From positions 1,152,001-1,216,000 of the forward strand of contig OY762007.1 in the NCBI GenBank assembly GCA_963665115.1: a stretch of 64,000 bases of DNA, read 5' to 3'. How positions within the stretch are numbered: the stretch's first letter is position 1; the number at the start of each line of letters is the position of its first letter. The notes below the pieces were generated by a model, which searched no databases, was not told the DNA's origin, and saw only the letters and a list, made by a program, of their open reading frames with translations. This DNA comes from an uncultured Rivularia sp. (GTDB lineage Bacteria > Cyanobacteriota > Cyanobacteriia > Cyanobacteriales > Nostocaceae). This document shows, piece by piece, positions 1 through 10,972 of this stretch. A program made the position numbers and the translations under genes.

Positions 1-1641
1 GTTGATATCGAACCTGGTAGCGCCCAAGACATCACAACACCTTTGAACGATACAACCTTTAACGTTAACGGGGTGAATGTCCGCAGGGTAACAGATCGTA
101 ACACACCAACTGTAATTAACGCGGTGTTCAACTTCCGTAACTTTTGGGATGGAAGGGCACAAAGCGTTTTTAACGGGGTGAATCCTTTTGGTTTGAGAGA
201 TAAAAGAGCTTTTGTTTTAAAGGCTCCGACTAAAAGAGAACTTAGAGATGTCAGAGTCAAAATTAACAATGCTTCTTTAGCTTCCCAAGCTGTGGGACCA
301 CCTTTAAGTGCTTTTGAGATTGCTGCGGAGAATGATGATGTAATTGCACCATTTAGAGTAAATCTTGACGAATCGGAAGAAAATATTGAAGTACTCACTG
401 AAGAAGGAGCGCTGATTGAAAAAGGTTCTGCTGTGGAAGGAGTATCTGCCGAAGAAAGCCTGGAATTAACCAAACAAAATAAACCAAATAGTATCAAGAT
501 TCAACCAATCGAACAACCGAAGCGGAAAAGACGTTTTCAGCGATTTGGTAGAAAGCTTGGTAAAAAACTGCTGGCCGTTACTCCTTTAAATAAACAAGTT
601 GTAGCTAGCGACGATAGCGTTTTAGGTTCATTAAGTAAATCTCCCACGGGTTTGAATAAATCCTACGAACAATTAGTAAAAGATACTTTTCGACGAAAGT
701 GGTGGGATTCTAAGCTCGCTATCAGAATTAATCCCAAAAACGGTAGACGCAGATTTATCCGTATACCCAAGAATCGACCATTGAAAAGCAACGAATATAC
801 TTTGATGGAGTATAACTTCGCATTGTTTTTCGGGTTAGCAGTGCAGGAATATGAATCAACTTTGATTTCCGATCAAACACCATTTGATGAATTTTTGAAT
901 GGTAATACAAGTGCTATGACTACAGAGCAAATCCAGGGATTCCAATTATTCCAACGAAATGGATGTATTGGCTGTCATGCTGGCACAGAATTAACTGCTG
1001 CTTCGGTTAGTAACGTTAACAGTAAAGGACGCATCGAACGCGGTATATTTCCTCCGAATCCCGCACAGGATACTGGCTTTTTCGCGATAGGAGTTAGACC
1101 GTCAGGAGAAGATGTTGGGCTGGCTGGTAAAGATGAATTTGATAATTCATTTTCGGAAGCAACCTTAGCTTTAGAAGGTAAATTTAAACGACTTCTAGGT
1201 GAAGAACCACCTTTTGTTCCCAATTCGCCACAAGATATAGTTGCAACTGGTGCATTTAAAACACCGGGGCTTCGTAACATAGAGTTAACTGCTCCATATT
1301 TTCATAATGGCGGACAATCGACCTTAGAGCAAGTGGTTGACTTTTACAAACGAGGTGGAAATTTTGGTGGATTGCGGGAGCTGAATTTGACTCAAGATGA
1401 CAAAGACAAATTAGTTGCATTTCTCAAAAGTCTTACCGACGAAAGAGTTCGCAATCAACAAGCACCTTTCGATCATCCACAGTTATTTGTTCCTTACGGA
1501 CATCCCAACGACGAGAATTCTGTAGTTGTGGATTCCGGTGCATCATCTAATGGCGTTCAACAAGCCCAAGATGATTTATTGGAAATACCTGCTGTGGGAA
1601 GAAATGGTGGTACTCCTTTAGCGGAGTTTCTCGCACCTTAA
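1..1641 (+). CDS. Cytochrome c peroxidase/MauG family protein, 5'-truncated by the window edge
   Basis: Frame is open from base 1. Motifs RNTPTVINAVFNFRNFWDGRA, CIGCH (heme c), AFKTPGLRNIELTAPYFHNGG and LVAFLKSLTDERV. Confidence 0.9.
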   Translation, partial: VDIEPGSAQDITTPLNDTTFNVNGVNVRRVTDRNTPTVINAVFNFRNFWDGRAQSVFNGVNPFGLRDKRAFVLKAPTKRELRDVRVKINNASLASQAVGPPLSAFEIAAENDDVIAPFRVNLDESEENIEVLTEEGALIEKGSAVEGVSAEESLELTKQNKPNSIKIQPIEQPKRKRRFQRFGRKLGKKLLAVTPLNKQVVASDDSVLGSLSKSPTGLNKSYEQLVKDTFRRKWWDSKLAIRINPKNGRRRFIRIPKNRPLKSNEYTLMEYNFALFFGLAVQEYESTLISDQTPFDEFLNGNTSAMTTEQIQGFQLFQRNGCIGCHAGTELTAASVSNVNSKGRIERGIFPPNPAQDTGFFAIGVRPSGEDVGLAGKDEFDNSFSEATLALEGKFKRLLGEEPPFVPNSPQDIVATGAFKTPGLRNIELTAPYFHNGGQSTLEQVVDFYKRGGNFGGLRELNLTQDDKDKLVAFLKSLTDERVRNQQAPFDHPQLFVPYGHPNDENSVVVDSGASSNGVQQAQDDLLEIPAVGRNGGTPLAEFLAP

Positions 1642-1765
1642 ATAGAAAAAGGTTAGAGGTCAAAGGTTAAAGGTTAAAGGTATTAAATTACCGAAAATTA
1701 ATCAAACGAACATATTTTAATCAAACTCTTAAAATGTGTTCTTTGAAAGCATAGATTAATTGATT

Positions 1766-1800
1766 GAAGAGACGGGGCTGTTGCTTCGTCTTTTTTTTTG
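1766..1800 (+). terminator. Probable intrinsic terminator
   Basis: Hairpin AAGAGACGGGGC-tgtt-GCTTCGTCTTTT followed by a T-run, downstream of the peroxidase gene. Confidence 0.7.
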
Positions 1801-1822
1801 ATTCTTTTCTGGCTTTAAAATT

Positions 1823-1965
1823 ACGGCGTTGCTGAATCCGGGTATGAATTCATTTTTTCCTTCATAGTGATGCCCCCTAAATCCCCCCATTTAGGGGGGA
1901 CTTTTGATTGTCTTATTCCCCCATAATTGGGGGTTAGGGGGCAATTCATACTAATCAGCAACCCC
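1823..1965. repeat. MITE/REP-like element with internal CCCCCTAAATCCCCC...GGGGGTTAGGGGGC palindromes
   Basis: Imperfect terminal inverted repeats (GGCGTTGCTGA / TCAGCAACCCC) and nested G/C hairpins. Confidence 0.6.
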
Positions 1966-2027
1966 AAAATTACCTATCTCTCTATGCGTCTAGTAAGGTT
2001 TTTAAAATCGGTAATTTTCGGAATTCC

Positions 2028-2056
2028 TGCATAATTAAAAAAACTTGTCCGGTATG
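2028..2056 (+). promoter_or_regulatory. Candidate bipartite promoter TGCATAA...CCGGTAT (variant)
   Basis: TGCATAA at 2028 with TA at +25. Shares AATTCCTGCATAA with the copy upstream of trpA. Confidence 0.55.
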
Positions 2057-2148
2057 AAATAACAGAAGCGGCGAAACACCGCGAACGAAATGCAGACCGA
2101 ACAAGGATTAAAAAAATGCTTACTTCAACTTTACTAGATATGTGTGAA

Positions 2149-3630
2149 ATGACCAACTTGCAACCTGGTAAAAAAATTACCATTCTAGGTGCAGGTATTG
2201 CGGGTTTGGTTGCAGCTTATGAATTAGAACGTTTGGGACATGAAGTTGAGATTATCGAAGGTAGTTCCCGTGTAGGTGGAAGGGTTTGGACTCATCGCTT
2301 TGGTAAGGATAACAACGCACCTTATGCAGAGTTGGGAGCAATGCGGATTCCTAGCAGCCATCACCATACATTACATTATGTAAATGAAATGGGATTGAGT
2401 GACAAACTTTGTAAATTTATGACTGTATTTGAAGAACAAAATGCCTTTATTAATTTGGAAGGTAAAATCTTCAAGATGAAGGATGCTCCTCGTATTTTGC
2501 AACAACGTTATCAAGGAATTTTTACAGATACTCGTTACAGCGAAACAACTCGTTTATTTGCTGCTTGGTTAAAAACTATTGTTGATACTATTTCTCCCGG
2601 CGATTTGCGCGAAGGTTTAGAAAATGACCTCAAATCTCATTTGATGGATGAATTAGAAAAATTGGATTTAGAACCTTATTTTTGCGAAGATAACGAGTCA
2701 ATCGATTTACAATCTTTTATTAAAGAAAATCCTGGCTTCCGCGCTCGTTGTAGCAAAGCATTAGATATGTTTTTTGAAGATATTGTTGTTGAAACCAGTC
2801 GCGATTTATTGCAGCTTCAAGGTGGAATGGAGCAAATTATCGATCGTTTATTAGAATCTATTAAATCTCCTATTAAGTGCAATCAGAAAGTAGTAGCTAT
2901 TAGAGTTAATCCCGAATTTACAGAAATTGACTATATAGAAAATGGCGAGAAATCCACCCGCCGTTGCGATTATGTATTGTGTACAATTCCTTTTTCTGTA
3001 ATGCGAAAGATGGAATTGGAAGGATTTGATGAAAGAAAATTTAATTCTATTCAAGATACATATTATTGTCCCGCGACAAAGGTTGCTTTCCACACCAAAG
3101 AAGCATTTTGGCAAAAGCAAGGTATTCGCGGTGGTGCTTCTTTTAGCGGTGAAGGTGTGCGTCAAACCTATTATCCTTCTGTTAAATTTACTCCTGAAAG
3201 CGGTAGCATCATGTTAGCTAGTTATACAATCGGTGATGATGCTGACAGAATGGGAAATATGCCGGAATCACAACGTCACGATTACGTTAAAGATGTTGTT
3301 GGTAAAGTTCACCCCGAATTGCAAGCAGAGAATATGGTTGTGGAAGCAGCTTCTATTGCTTGGGGTAATTACGAATGGAGCGCTGGCGGTTGCGCGGTAC
3401 ATTGGGAAGATGATGCTGCAAATACTTCTAATTATTTAGAAGCTAGTAGAAGACAACATAAATTGTTATTTGCTGGCGAACATTGTTCTAGATATCCTGC
3501 TTGGTTACAAGGTTCTATTGAGTCTGCTTTGGAAGCTGTTTACGATATTGTTTCTGATAAGAGAAAGAATCGTGTAGCTACAAGTTTTGTTAATAAAATA
3601 GAAGATGCTTACGTTTTACAAGCTGCTTAG
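2149..3630 (+). CDS. Flavin monoamine/L-amino-acid oxidase family (possible tryptophan oxidase, VioA/RebO/StaO-like)
   Basis: GAGIAGL dinucleotide fold, RVGGRVWT, AELGAMRIP and FAGEH...WLQGSIESA. The substrate is inferred only from the trp gene context. Start could be 2116. Confidence 0.85.
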   Translation: MTNLQPGKKITILGAGIAGLVAAYELERLGHEVEIIEGSSRVGGRVWTHRFGKDNNAPYAELGAMRIPSSHHHTLHYVNEMGLSDKLCKFMTVFEEQNAFINLEGKIFKMKDAPRILQQRYQGIFTDTRYSETTRLFAAWLKTIVDTISPGDLREGLENDLKSHLMDELEKLDLEPYFCEDNESIDLQSFIKENPGFRARCSKALDMFFEDIVVETSRDLLQLQGGMEQIIDRLLESIKSPIKCNQKVVAIRVNPEFTEIDYIENGEKSTRRCDYVLCTIPFSVMRKMELEGFDERKFNSIQDTYYCPATKVAFHTKEAFWQKQGIRGGASFSGEGVRQTYYPSVKFTPESGSIMLASYTIGDDADRMGNMPESQRHDYVKDVVGKVHPELQAENMVVEAASIAWGNYEWSAGGCAVHWEDDAANTSNYLEASRRQHKLLFAGEHCSRYPAWLQGSIESALEAVYDIVSDKRKNRVATSFVNKIEDAYVLQAA

Positions 3631-3817
3631 AATAATTCGTCAAACTATTATACTTCCAAGCTATTGATGATATTAATAAACCCGGTTATTTCAAATAGCC
3701 GGGTATTTACAGCAGATTTCATTTAAGTGAGGTACACATCCTTTCTAGAGGGAGTAGTGAGTAGGGAGTAGGGAATAGGGAAATGTACCTCATATACAGA
3801 GAGAATTATTCATATTT

Positions 3818-3846
3818 TGCATAAACCAAAAAAGCCTCCCCCTACA
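3818..3846 (+). promoter_or_regulatory. Candidate bipartite promoter TGCATAA-N16-CCTACA
   Basis: Matches the recurring motif and spacing, about 30 bp before the aroF ATG. Confidence 0.65.
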
Positions 3847-3876
3847 AATAATTATCAGATAAAAACAAGGAAAAAA

Positions 3877-4989
3877 ATGATTATTGTTACCCAAAGTGGA
3901 ACCCCTGAAGTTGAAATCGAGCGGATTATTGATGAATTGAGCGTTTACGACGGAACTGTTGAGAAAATTGTTGGTAAAGAGAAGGTTGTAATTGGTTTAG
4001 TTAGCGATACTTCTAATATTAATCTTGGTTATATTCAACAAATTAGTCCTTTCATTGAAGATGTTTTTCGAGTTGAACAACCTTTTAAGCGAGCTTCTTT
4101 AGAATACCGTAACGGCGAACATTCTGAAGTTGTTGTCCAAACTCCCAACGGTGCGATTACCTTCGGTAGAGCTTCGCTTAACGCCTTTGGTCAAAATCAT
4201 CCTTTGGTTGTTGTCGCTGGGCCTTGTTCGGTAGAGAATGAAGAAATGATTGTGGAGACTGCGAAAGTAGTTAAAGCTACTGGCGCTCAATTCCTCAGAG
4301 GTGGTGCTTACAAGCCTCGTAGCTCGCCTTATGCTTTCCAGGGACACGGTGAAAGCGCTTTACATTTATTGGCTAAGGCTAGAGAAGTTACTGGTTTGGG
4401 AATTATAACTGAAGTAATGGACACAGCAGACTTAGATAAAGTAGCGGAAATTGCGGATGTGGTGCAAATTGGCGCTAGGAATATGCAAAACTTCTCGCTG
4501 TTGAAGAAAGCTGGTGCTGCTGGTAAGCCGATTTTGCTCAAGCGCGGGATGTCTGCAACTATTGAAGAATGGTTGATGGCTGCTGAATATATCTTATCTA
4601 CTGGCAATCCTAACGTGATTTTGTGCGAGCGCGGAATTCGCAGTTTTGATAAGAAATACACTCGAAACGTGTTGGATTTATCGATTGTTCCAGTATTGCG
4701 GACTCTGACTCATTTACCGATTATGGTCGATCCCAGTCATGCAACTGGTTACTCAAAATTTGTGCCGACAATGGCTAAAGCTGCGATTGCTTCCGGTACC
4801 GATTCTTTGATGATTGAAGTTCACCCCAATCCTGCAAAAGCGCTTTCCGACGGACCACAATCTTTGACTCCAGAGAATTTTGTTGAGTTGATGCGAGAAA
4901 TTAAGCCTTTATCGGAATACTTTGGACGTGGTGATTCTAATTTAGTAAATTCAAGTTTTGTTGAAAGTGGAATTAAAGTTGGTGTTTGA
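3877..4989 (+). CDS. aroF: 3-deoxy-7-phosphoheptulonate (DAHP) synthase, class I-beta with N-terminal regulatory domain
   Basis: AGPCSVE, LRGGAYKPRSSPY, QIGARNMQNF, LCERGIR, DPSH and MIEVHPNP. ATG at 3877 follows AAGGA. Confidence 0.95.
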   Translation: MIIVTQSGTPEVEIERIIDELSVYDGTVEKIVGKEKVVIGLVSDTSNINLGYIQQISPFIEDVFRVEQPFKRASLEYRNGEHSEVVVQTPNGAITFGRASLNAFGQNHPLVVVAGPCSVENEEMIVETAKVVKATGAQFLRGGAYKPRSSPYAFQGHGESALHLLAKAREVTGLGIITEVMDTADLDKVAEIADVVQIGARNMQNFSLLKKAGAAGKPILLKRGMSATIEEWLMAAEYILSTGNPNVILCERGIRSFDKKYTRNVLDLSIVPVLRTLTHLPIMVDPSHATGYSKFVPTMAKAAIASGTDSLMIEVHPNPAKALSDGPQSLTPENFVELMREIKPLSEYFGRGDSNLVNSSFVESGIKVGV

Positions 4990-5080
4990 TGGATAAAAAT
5001 TAAAATCCTTACTACGAAAGATTAATTTAATAGTTTTATCAAACCTGGTTTTTTGTAAAAAATCGGGTTTTTTGATTCTT

Positions 5081-5415
5081 TGTAGGGTGCTGTGACGGTT
5101 ACGAAACCATTATAAAACGCAACTAAAATATTGATATTACCGTCACGCACCTTGTTGTTTTTATCATCCTTCTTGAGCTATAAAATATTAAATATAAATT
5201 CAAAACTTTGGAAGGTTACATTTTGATAATTAATTGGTGCGTGACGGTAATATTTAATTTATTTATTTATTGTAATTTAAGTTTTTTGTGACCGTCACAG
5301 CACCCTACAATAATATCTTTAATTTGTTGTTTTCTATTGGTTAATTGGTGCGTGAAGGCAATTTTAATTTTTAGTTGTATTTTATAATTTATCGTAACCA
5401 TCACACACCCTACAA
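5081..5415. repeat. Cluster of REP-like inverted repeats (GTAGGGTGC-GTGACGG...CCGTCAC-GCACCCTAC family)
   Basis: Three related stem-loop units; a similar unit lies at about 27571-27635. Confidence 0.7.
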
Positions 5416-5425
5416 TAATTAAAAT

Positions 5426-5983
5426 TTAAGATGAATGAAGCCATTTATAAAACAACTTAGTTAACCTGGGCATGACTACATAAGCTAATAATACAACTAC
5501 TAATCCAGTCATAATTGCTTGACGTAATAGAAAATGTAAAGGTGCTAAATAAGGACCGAGAAAATAACCTAAAGTAGATGCACAGATAAAAACCCCAATC
5601 CAGGTGACAAAGGCGGTTTTATATTTTGGTGGTGGAGCAGAAGCTGTGTTGGGAAGAGACACCAAAGCTTCCAATCCCGTTAATACTTGAACGCTTTCAG
5701 GTTTTTCAATTAAAGGTTGAGCGTTTTCTATCCACTGTTTTCGTTCGGATGACTTCATCCACTTGCAGAGATTTTTATAGTTATTAAAGCGTAAAATAAT
5801 TACATATTCTGTTCTACCAGGTTGCGGCCTCAGAATAGTTACTCCATGATGACCTTCAAATTGTCTTGCTGCTTCGGAAATTCCTGTCAGCCATTCTTCA
5901 TATCCCGATTCGCGACCTGGACGGATATAGTGGGAAATAACGGCTGTAACTTGTTGATTTGATTGATTTTCTTGTAAATCCAT
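5426..5983 (-). CDS. Antibiotic biosynthesis monooxygenase (ABM) domain protein with C-terminal membrane helices
   Basis: VTAVISHYIRPGRESGYEEW, WMKSSERKQW, then PPPKYK and two hydrophobic segments. Confidence 0.8.
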   Translation of the reverse strand: MDLQENQSNQQVTAVISHYIRPGRESGYEEWLTGISEAARQFEGHHGVTILRPQPGRTEYVIILRFNNYKNLCKWMKSSERKQWIENAQPLIEKPESVQVLTGLEALVSLPNTASAPPPKYKTAFVTWIGVFICASTLGYFLGPYLAPLHFLLRQAIMTGLVVVLLAYVVMPRLTKLFYKWLHSS

Positions 5984-6041
5984 AAAATAAAAATTTAGAA
6001 AGAACCATTATTTATATTGACTGATGGTGCGTGACAGTTAT

Positions 6042-6171
6042 TATAGCGATTTTCAGTTGAGTCCAATACACTCGGAACCTCACCCCGTCCTGCGGACACC
6101 CCTCTCCTTAATAAGGAGAGGGGAAGGGGGTGAGGTTAAGACGGTATTCCTCAAGCCTGAAAACCGCTATA
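6042..6171. repeat. MITE-like element
   Basis: Terminal inverted repeats TATAGCG.TTTTCAG / CTGAAAA.CGCTATA with an internal CCCCTCTCCTT..AAGGAGAGGGG hairpin. Confidence 0.65.
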
Positions 6172-6222
6172 TATTCACACACCCGCTTCGCTATTTTCAA
6201 TTACCCATTACCAATTGCAAAT

Positions 6223-6251
6223 TGCATAAACATAATTGACCAACCCCTACA
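6223..6251 (+). promoter_or_regulatory. Candidate bipartite promoter TGCATAA-N16-CCTACA
   Basis: Matches the motif and spacing, about 30 bp before the trpE ATG. Confidence 0.65.
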
Positions 6252-6283
6252 AGAAATTAAAGGACCTAATTGGAATTATTAAT

Positions 6284-8482
6284 ATGCAATTTGACACGAA
6301 TTCTTATACAACTCAAGGTGGTATATTTATATCCCGTTCCGTTACCAATACTTCTATCGATTCCGCTATTGATGAAGTTTTGATGCGTCTGGATTCTCAA
6401 CGGGGTGGTTTATTAGCTAGTAGTTATGAATATCCAGGAAGATATAAAAGATGGGCGATAGGCTTTGTCAATCCTCCTTTGGAAATATCTACAAGAGACA
6501 GAACTTTTAAAATTACGGCTCACAATGACCGAGGTTTGATTTTATTAGGTTATTTGGAAGAATTATTTTTAGATAAGTCTTATATAGAAGAGTTGGATAA
6601 GCAAGATAATTCTATTTCGGGTTCTATTCAACCGAGTAACCGTTTATTTTCAGAAGAAGAACGCAGCAGACAGCCATCTGTATTTAGCGTGATTCGAGAA
6701 ATTATCTCTGCATTTTTTAGTCCGTTGGATGAAAATTTAGGGCTTTACGGTGCTTTGGGTTACGATTTGGTGTTCCAATTTGAACAAATGCCCAAGCTGT
6801 TGGAAAGAGAAGATGACCAGAGGGATTTGGTTTTATATTTACCCGATGAGTTATTCGTCGTTGACTACCATTTACAGCAAGCATTTCGGATGCAGTACGA
6901 TTTTGTCACCAAAAACGGTAGCACTAGAGATTTACCTCGCAAAGGTGAAAAGATTGATTTCCGTGGCAAGCGTCTCAACGTGACTCAAGGTTCCGATCAT
7001 GCACCGGGAGAATACGAGCAACAAGTTACCAAGGCTTTAGATTATTTCCGACGTGGGGATTTATTTGAAGTTGTTCCTTCTCAATGCTTTTCTGAAACCT
7101 GCGAAAAATCTCCTACAGAATTATTCCGCACTCTGATGAAAATTAATCCCAGCCCTTATGGATTTATCTTTAATATGGGTGGGGAATATTTAGTTGGTGC
7201 ATCTCCAGAAATGTTTGTCCGAGTTGAAGGTAGACGTGTGGAAACCTGTCCCATCAGCGGCACAATTAGAAGGGGAGAAACTGCGATTGATGATGCGGTA
7301 CAAATTCAAAAATTGCTTAATTCACGCAAGGATGAATCAGAGCTTACTATGTGTACCGATGTCGATCGCAATGACAAGTCTAGAATTTGCGAACCCGGTT
7401 CAGTTAGAGTTATCGGCCGTCGTCAAATTGAAATGTACAGTCATCTTATCCACACAGTAGACCATGTAGAAGGTGTACTCAAGCCAGAAGCCGATGCTTT
7501 AGATGCATTTTTGACTCACTTATGGGCAGTTACCGTTACCGGAGCGCCCAAACGTTCGGCAATGCAGTTTTTAGAGCAAAACGAACGCAGCGCCAGACGT
7601 TGGTATGGTGGAGCGGTGGGAGGTTTTAATTTTAAAGGTAATTTGAATACAGGTTTGATTTTACGAACTATTCGACTCCAAGATTCAATTGCAGAAGTCA
7701 GAGTTGGTGCCACAGTTTTGTATGATTCCGATCCAGAAGCAGAAGCACAGGAAACTTTAACCAAAGGTGGTGCTTTATTCCAAGCATTGAATAGAGCCAG
7801 TCATCAAGAAGTTGCTTTACCAATAATTCCAGAATATGGCATCAAAGAAGCCAAGCCAGCAGCAGGTAAAAAAGTTTTACTAATAGATTACGAAGACTCA
7901 TTCGTTCATACCCTTGCTAACTATATTCGTCAAACAGGTGCAGCCGTCACCACATTACGATATGGTTTTCCCGAATCCGTATTTGACGAGCAAAAGCCAG
8001 ATTTAGTTGTATTGTCTCCCGGCCCTGGAAAGCCCAGCGACTTTGGTTTAGATAAGGCGATCGCCGCTTGCAAGAAACGTGAAATCCCTATATTCGGCGT
8101 ATGTTTGGGATTGCAGGGAATAGTAGAAGCCCACGGTGGAAAATTAGGAGTTTTAGATTATCCCCAACACGGTAAAACATCTTTAGTAAATGTAGTTGAT
8201 AAGGATTCCGTCGCTTTCAAAGATTTACCAGAAAGCTTTGAAGTAGGTAGATATCATTCCTTATATGCATTGCAAGATAGTTTACCCGACGAACTAAAAA
8301 TTACAGCCATATCCGCAGACGGAATAGTAATGGGAATAGAACACAAAACCTTACCAATAGCCGCAGTACAGTTTCATCCCGAATCCATCATGACATTAGT
8401 TGGAGGAGCAGGGCTGATGATTATTACTAACGTTGTACGTGAATTTACCTGTTCCGCTAAGGGAGTGGTTTTGGCTTCGTGA
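6284..8482 (+). CDS. trpE: Anthranilate synthase, fused component I + II (TrpEG)
   Basis: Chorismate-binding domain (GDLFEVVPS, ASPEMFVR, PISGT, VTGAPK) fused to a glutamine amidotransferase (SPGPG, GVCLG, QFHPES). Confidence 0.95.
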   Translation: MQFDTNSYTTQGGIFISRSVTNTSIDSAIDEVLMRLDSQRGGLLASSYEYPGRYKRWAIGFVNPPLEISTRDRTFKITAHNDRGLILLGYLEELFLDKSYIEELDKQDNSISGSIQPSNRLFSEEERSRQPSVFSVIREIISAFFSPLDENLGLYGALGYDLVFQFEQMPKLLEREDDQRDLVLYLPDELFVVDYHLQQAFRMQYDFVTKNGSTRDLPRKGEKIDFRGKRLNVTQGSDHAPGEYEQQVTKALDYFRRGDLFEVVPSQCFSETCEKSPTELFRTLMKINPSPYGFIFNMGGEYLVGASPEMFVRVEGRRVETCPISGTIRRGETAIDDAVQIQKLLNSRKDESELTMCTDVDRNDKSRICEPGSVRVIGRRQIEMYSHLIHTVDHVEGVLKPEADALDAFLTHLWAVTVTGAPKRSAMQFLEQNERSARRWYGGAVGGFNFKGNLNTGLILRTIRLQDSIAEVRVGATVLYDSDPEAEAQETLTKGGALFQALNRASHQEVALPIIPEYGIKEAKPAAGKKVLLIDYEDSFVHTLANYIRQTGAAVTTLRYGFPESVFDEQKPDLVVLSPGPGKPSDFGLDKAIAACKKREIPIFGVCLGLQGIVEAHGGKLGVLDYPQHGKTSLVNVVDKDSVAFKDLPESFEVGRYHSLYALQDSLPDELKITAISADGIVMGIEHKTLPIAAVQFHPESIMTLVGGAGLMIITNVVREFTCSAKGVVLAS

Positions 8483-8499
8483 AATTGAGAGGGAAGAAA

Positions 8500-8625
8500 T
8501 CAAAAACGCCCGCAGGCTATAAGCCTGGGGCTACACCTACAAAGCCTGCCTTCGCAGGCTAGAAGATTAATAGCCTGCGAAGGCAGGCTTCGTAAATGTA
8601 GCGATACCCTTCTAGGGTATTGCGA
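8500..8625. repeat. REP-like palindromic element
   Basis: Inverted pair AAGCCTGCCTTCGCAGGCT...AGCCTGCGAAGGCAGGCTT. Confidence 0.7.
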
Positions 8626-8652
8626 CAAAATTACGATACTCCCGAAAATTCC

Positions 8653-8681
8653 TGCATAAACTTAAAATCCCTTCCCCTAAA
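8653..8681 (+). promoter_or_regulatory. Candidate bipartite promoter TGCATAA-N16-CCTAAA
   Basis: Matches the motif and spacing, about 30 bp before trpA. Confidence 0.6.
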
Positions 8682-8713
8682 AAGAGAATAACAATCTAAA
8701 ATCTAAAATTGAA

Positions 8714-9530
8714 ATGAAATCAATATCCGAAAAATTCAAACATTTACGCGCCGAAAAGCAATGTGCTTTAATTCCATTTATCACCGCTGGCGACCCTGAT
8801 TTAGAAACTACCACAGAAGCTTTAGGAATATTAGAAGCAAACGGTGCTGATTTTATAGAGTTAGGAGTTCCTTATTCCGATCCGTTAGCCGATGGGCCCG
8901 GTGATTCAAGCAGCAGCAACCCGCGCTCTGGAAAGAGCAACTCGTTTAGATGATGTTTTACGAATCGCGCAGTCGGTAACTCGTAAAATTGAAGCTCCAA
9001 TTATTTTATTTACTTATTACAACCCCATTCTTAACTTAGGGATTGACCAATTTCTCAAAAGAATTGCCGAAGCTGGAATCAAAGGATTAGTCGTACCCGA
9101 TTTACCTTTAGAAGAAGCAGACAATTTAATAAACACTGCCGAAACAGCCGGAATCGAAGTTATTTTACTAGTTACTCCCAACACACCCGACGACAGAATC
9201 AAGGCGATCGCCCAAAAGTCTCGCGGATTTATTTATCTTGTCAGCGTCACCGGAGTAACAGGTGTTCGTTCCCAATTGCAGACGCGAGTAAAAGATGTAC
9301 TGCAAAACATCAGAAAATTTACAGATAAACCCATTGCCGTTGGTTTTGGTATATCCAGCCCAGAGCAAGCACTTCAAGTAAAAGAATGGGGAGCAGATGC
9401 AGTAATCGTCGGCAGCGCATTTGTAAAACGTTTAGGAGAATCCACACCGTATAAAGGATTGCGAGCCATTTCAGAATTTTGCGCCGAGCTTAAAGCAGTT
9501 ACCAGTGAGCAGTTAACAGTGAGCAGTTAA
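8714..9530 (+). CDS. trpA: Tryptophan synthase alpha chain, +1 frameshift at about 8897 (probable sequencing error)
   Basis: [11 protein letters not shown] and [19 protein letters not shown] join if one C is removed from [16 protein letters not shown] and VGFGIS follow. Confidence 0.93.
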
Positions 9531-9626
9531 CAGTTATAAATTTTCTACCGCATCTACCCCCTCTTCCCCCTCTTCCCCCTCTACCCCCTCTTCCCCTCTC
9601 AATCAATAAACTAATAAGGAAAAATC

Positions 9627-10841
9627 ATGCTACTAACAACTCAAAAAACAACACCAGACGCTCTCGGCAGATTTGGAAAATTCGGTGGAAAATATGTACC
9701 GGAAACTTTGATGCCTGCTTTAACTGAATTAGAAACGGCTTATCAAAAGTACCGCAATGACGCGGATTTTCAAAGTGAATTACAAGGATTACTGCGGGAT
9801 TATGTTGGACGCTCTACTCCTTTATATTTTGCCGAAAGACTTACTCAACATTATGCTCGTCCTGACGGTACGGGAGCGCAGATTTACTTAAAGCGAGAAG
9901 ACTTAAATCATACTGGCGCTCATAAAATTAATAATGCTTTAGGACAAGTTTTACTTGCTAAGCGCATGGGCAAACAAAGGATTATTGCGGAAACTGGAGC
10001 CGGACAACACGGTGTTGCAACTGCTACTGTCTGCGCTCGATTCGGTTTGGAATGCATCATTTATATGGGTGTCCACGATATGGAACGACAATCCCTGAAT
10101 GTGTTCCGAATGCGGTTGATGGGTGCGGAAGTTCGTCCGGTGGCAGCGGGAACTGGTACTTTAAAGGATGCGACTTCCCAAGCAATTCGAGATTGGGTAA
10201 CTAATGTTGAAACTACTCATTACATTTTAGGTTCCGTTGCCGGGCCACATCCTTATCCGATGATTGTGCGCGACTTTCAAGCAATAATTGGAAAAGAAAC
10301 TCGTTCTCAAGCTGAAGAAAAATGGGGTGGATTACCCGATATTTTACTGGCTTGTGTTGGTGGTGGTTCTAATGCAATGGGATTATTTCATGAATTTGTG
10401 AGCGACGTTGAGGTACGGTTAATTGGTGTTGAAGCGGCTGGTGAAGGTATTGATACTGATAAACACGCCGCTACTTTGACACTTGGTAAAATAGGTGTTC
10501 TGCATGGAGCAATGAGTTTTGTTTTACAGGATGGAGATGGACAGATTATCGAGCCTTACTCTGTTAGCGCTGGTTTAGATTATCCCGGTGTCGGGCCGGA
10601 ACACAGCTATTTCAAAGAAATAAAACGTGCTGAATATTACAGCGTCACCGATAAACAGGCTTTAGCCGCATTTCAACTGATATCGCAATTAGAAGGAATA
10701 ATTCCCGCTTTAGAAACATCTCATGCAATTGCTTATTTAGAAACACTTTGTCCCCAATTGAGCGGTAATCCTCGAATTGTACTTAACTGTTCTGGCAGGG
10801 GAGATAAAGATGTGCAGACAGTTGTGAAATTATTACAGTGA
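9627..10841 (+). CDS. trpB: Tryptophan synthase beta chain
   Basis: [29 protein letters not shown] and SGRGDKD. Confidence 0.98.
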   Translation: MLLTTQKTTPDALGRFGKFGGKYVPETLMPALTELETAYQKYRNDADFQSELQGLLRDYVGRSTPLYFAERLTQHYARPDGTGAQIYLKREDLNHTGAHKINNALGQVLLAKRMGKQRIIAETGAGQHGVATATVCARFGLECIIYMGVHDMERQSLNVFRMRLMGAEVRPVAAGTGTLKDATSQAIRDWVTNVETTHYILGSVAGPHPYPMIVRDFQAIIGKETRSQAEEKWGGLPDILLACVGGGSNAMGLFHEFVSDVEVRLIGVEAAGEGIDTDKHAATLTLGKIGVLHGAMSFVLQDGDGQIIEPYSVSAGLDYPGVGPEHSYFKEIKRAEYYSVTDKQALAAFQLISQLEGIIPALETSHAIAYLETLCPQLSGNPRIVLNCSGRGDKDVQTVVKLLQ

Positions 10842-10897
10842 GTAGTTAATAGTTAGGAGTAGTGTAGGTTAAAGGTTAAAGGTGAGCAATTATCTTC

Positions 10898-10962
10898 CCA
10901 TGCCCAATGCCCCATGCCCAATTACCAATTACCAATTACCAATTACCAATTACCAATTACCA
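10898..10962. repeat. STRR heptamer tract (TGCCCAA/TTACCAA)
   Basis: Tandem 7-mers; they create a spurious N-terminal extension in the ORF track. Confidence 0.85.
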
Positions 10963-10972
10963 GTTTTCAAAA

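Noticed and set aside
8714..9530. trpA and the other split genes as true pseudogenes
   Set aside because: Each has a single indel in a shared sequence context and no other decay, so an artefact is more likely.
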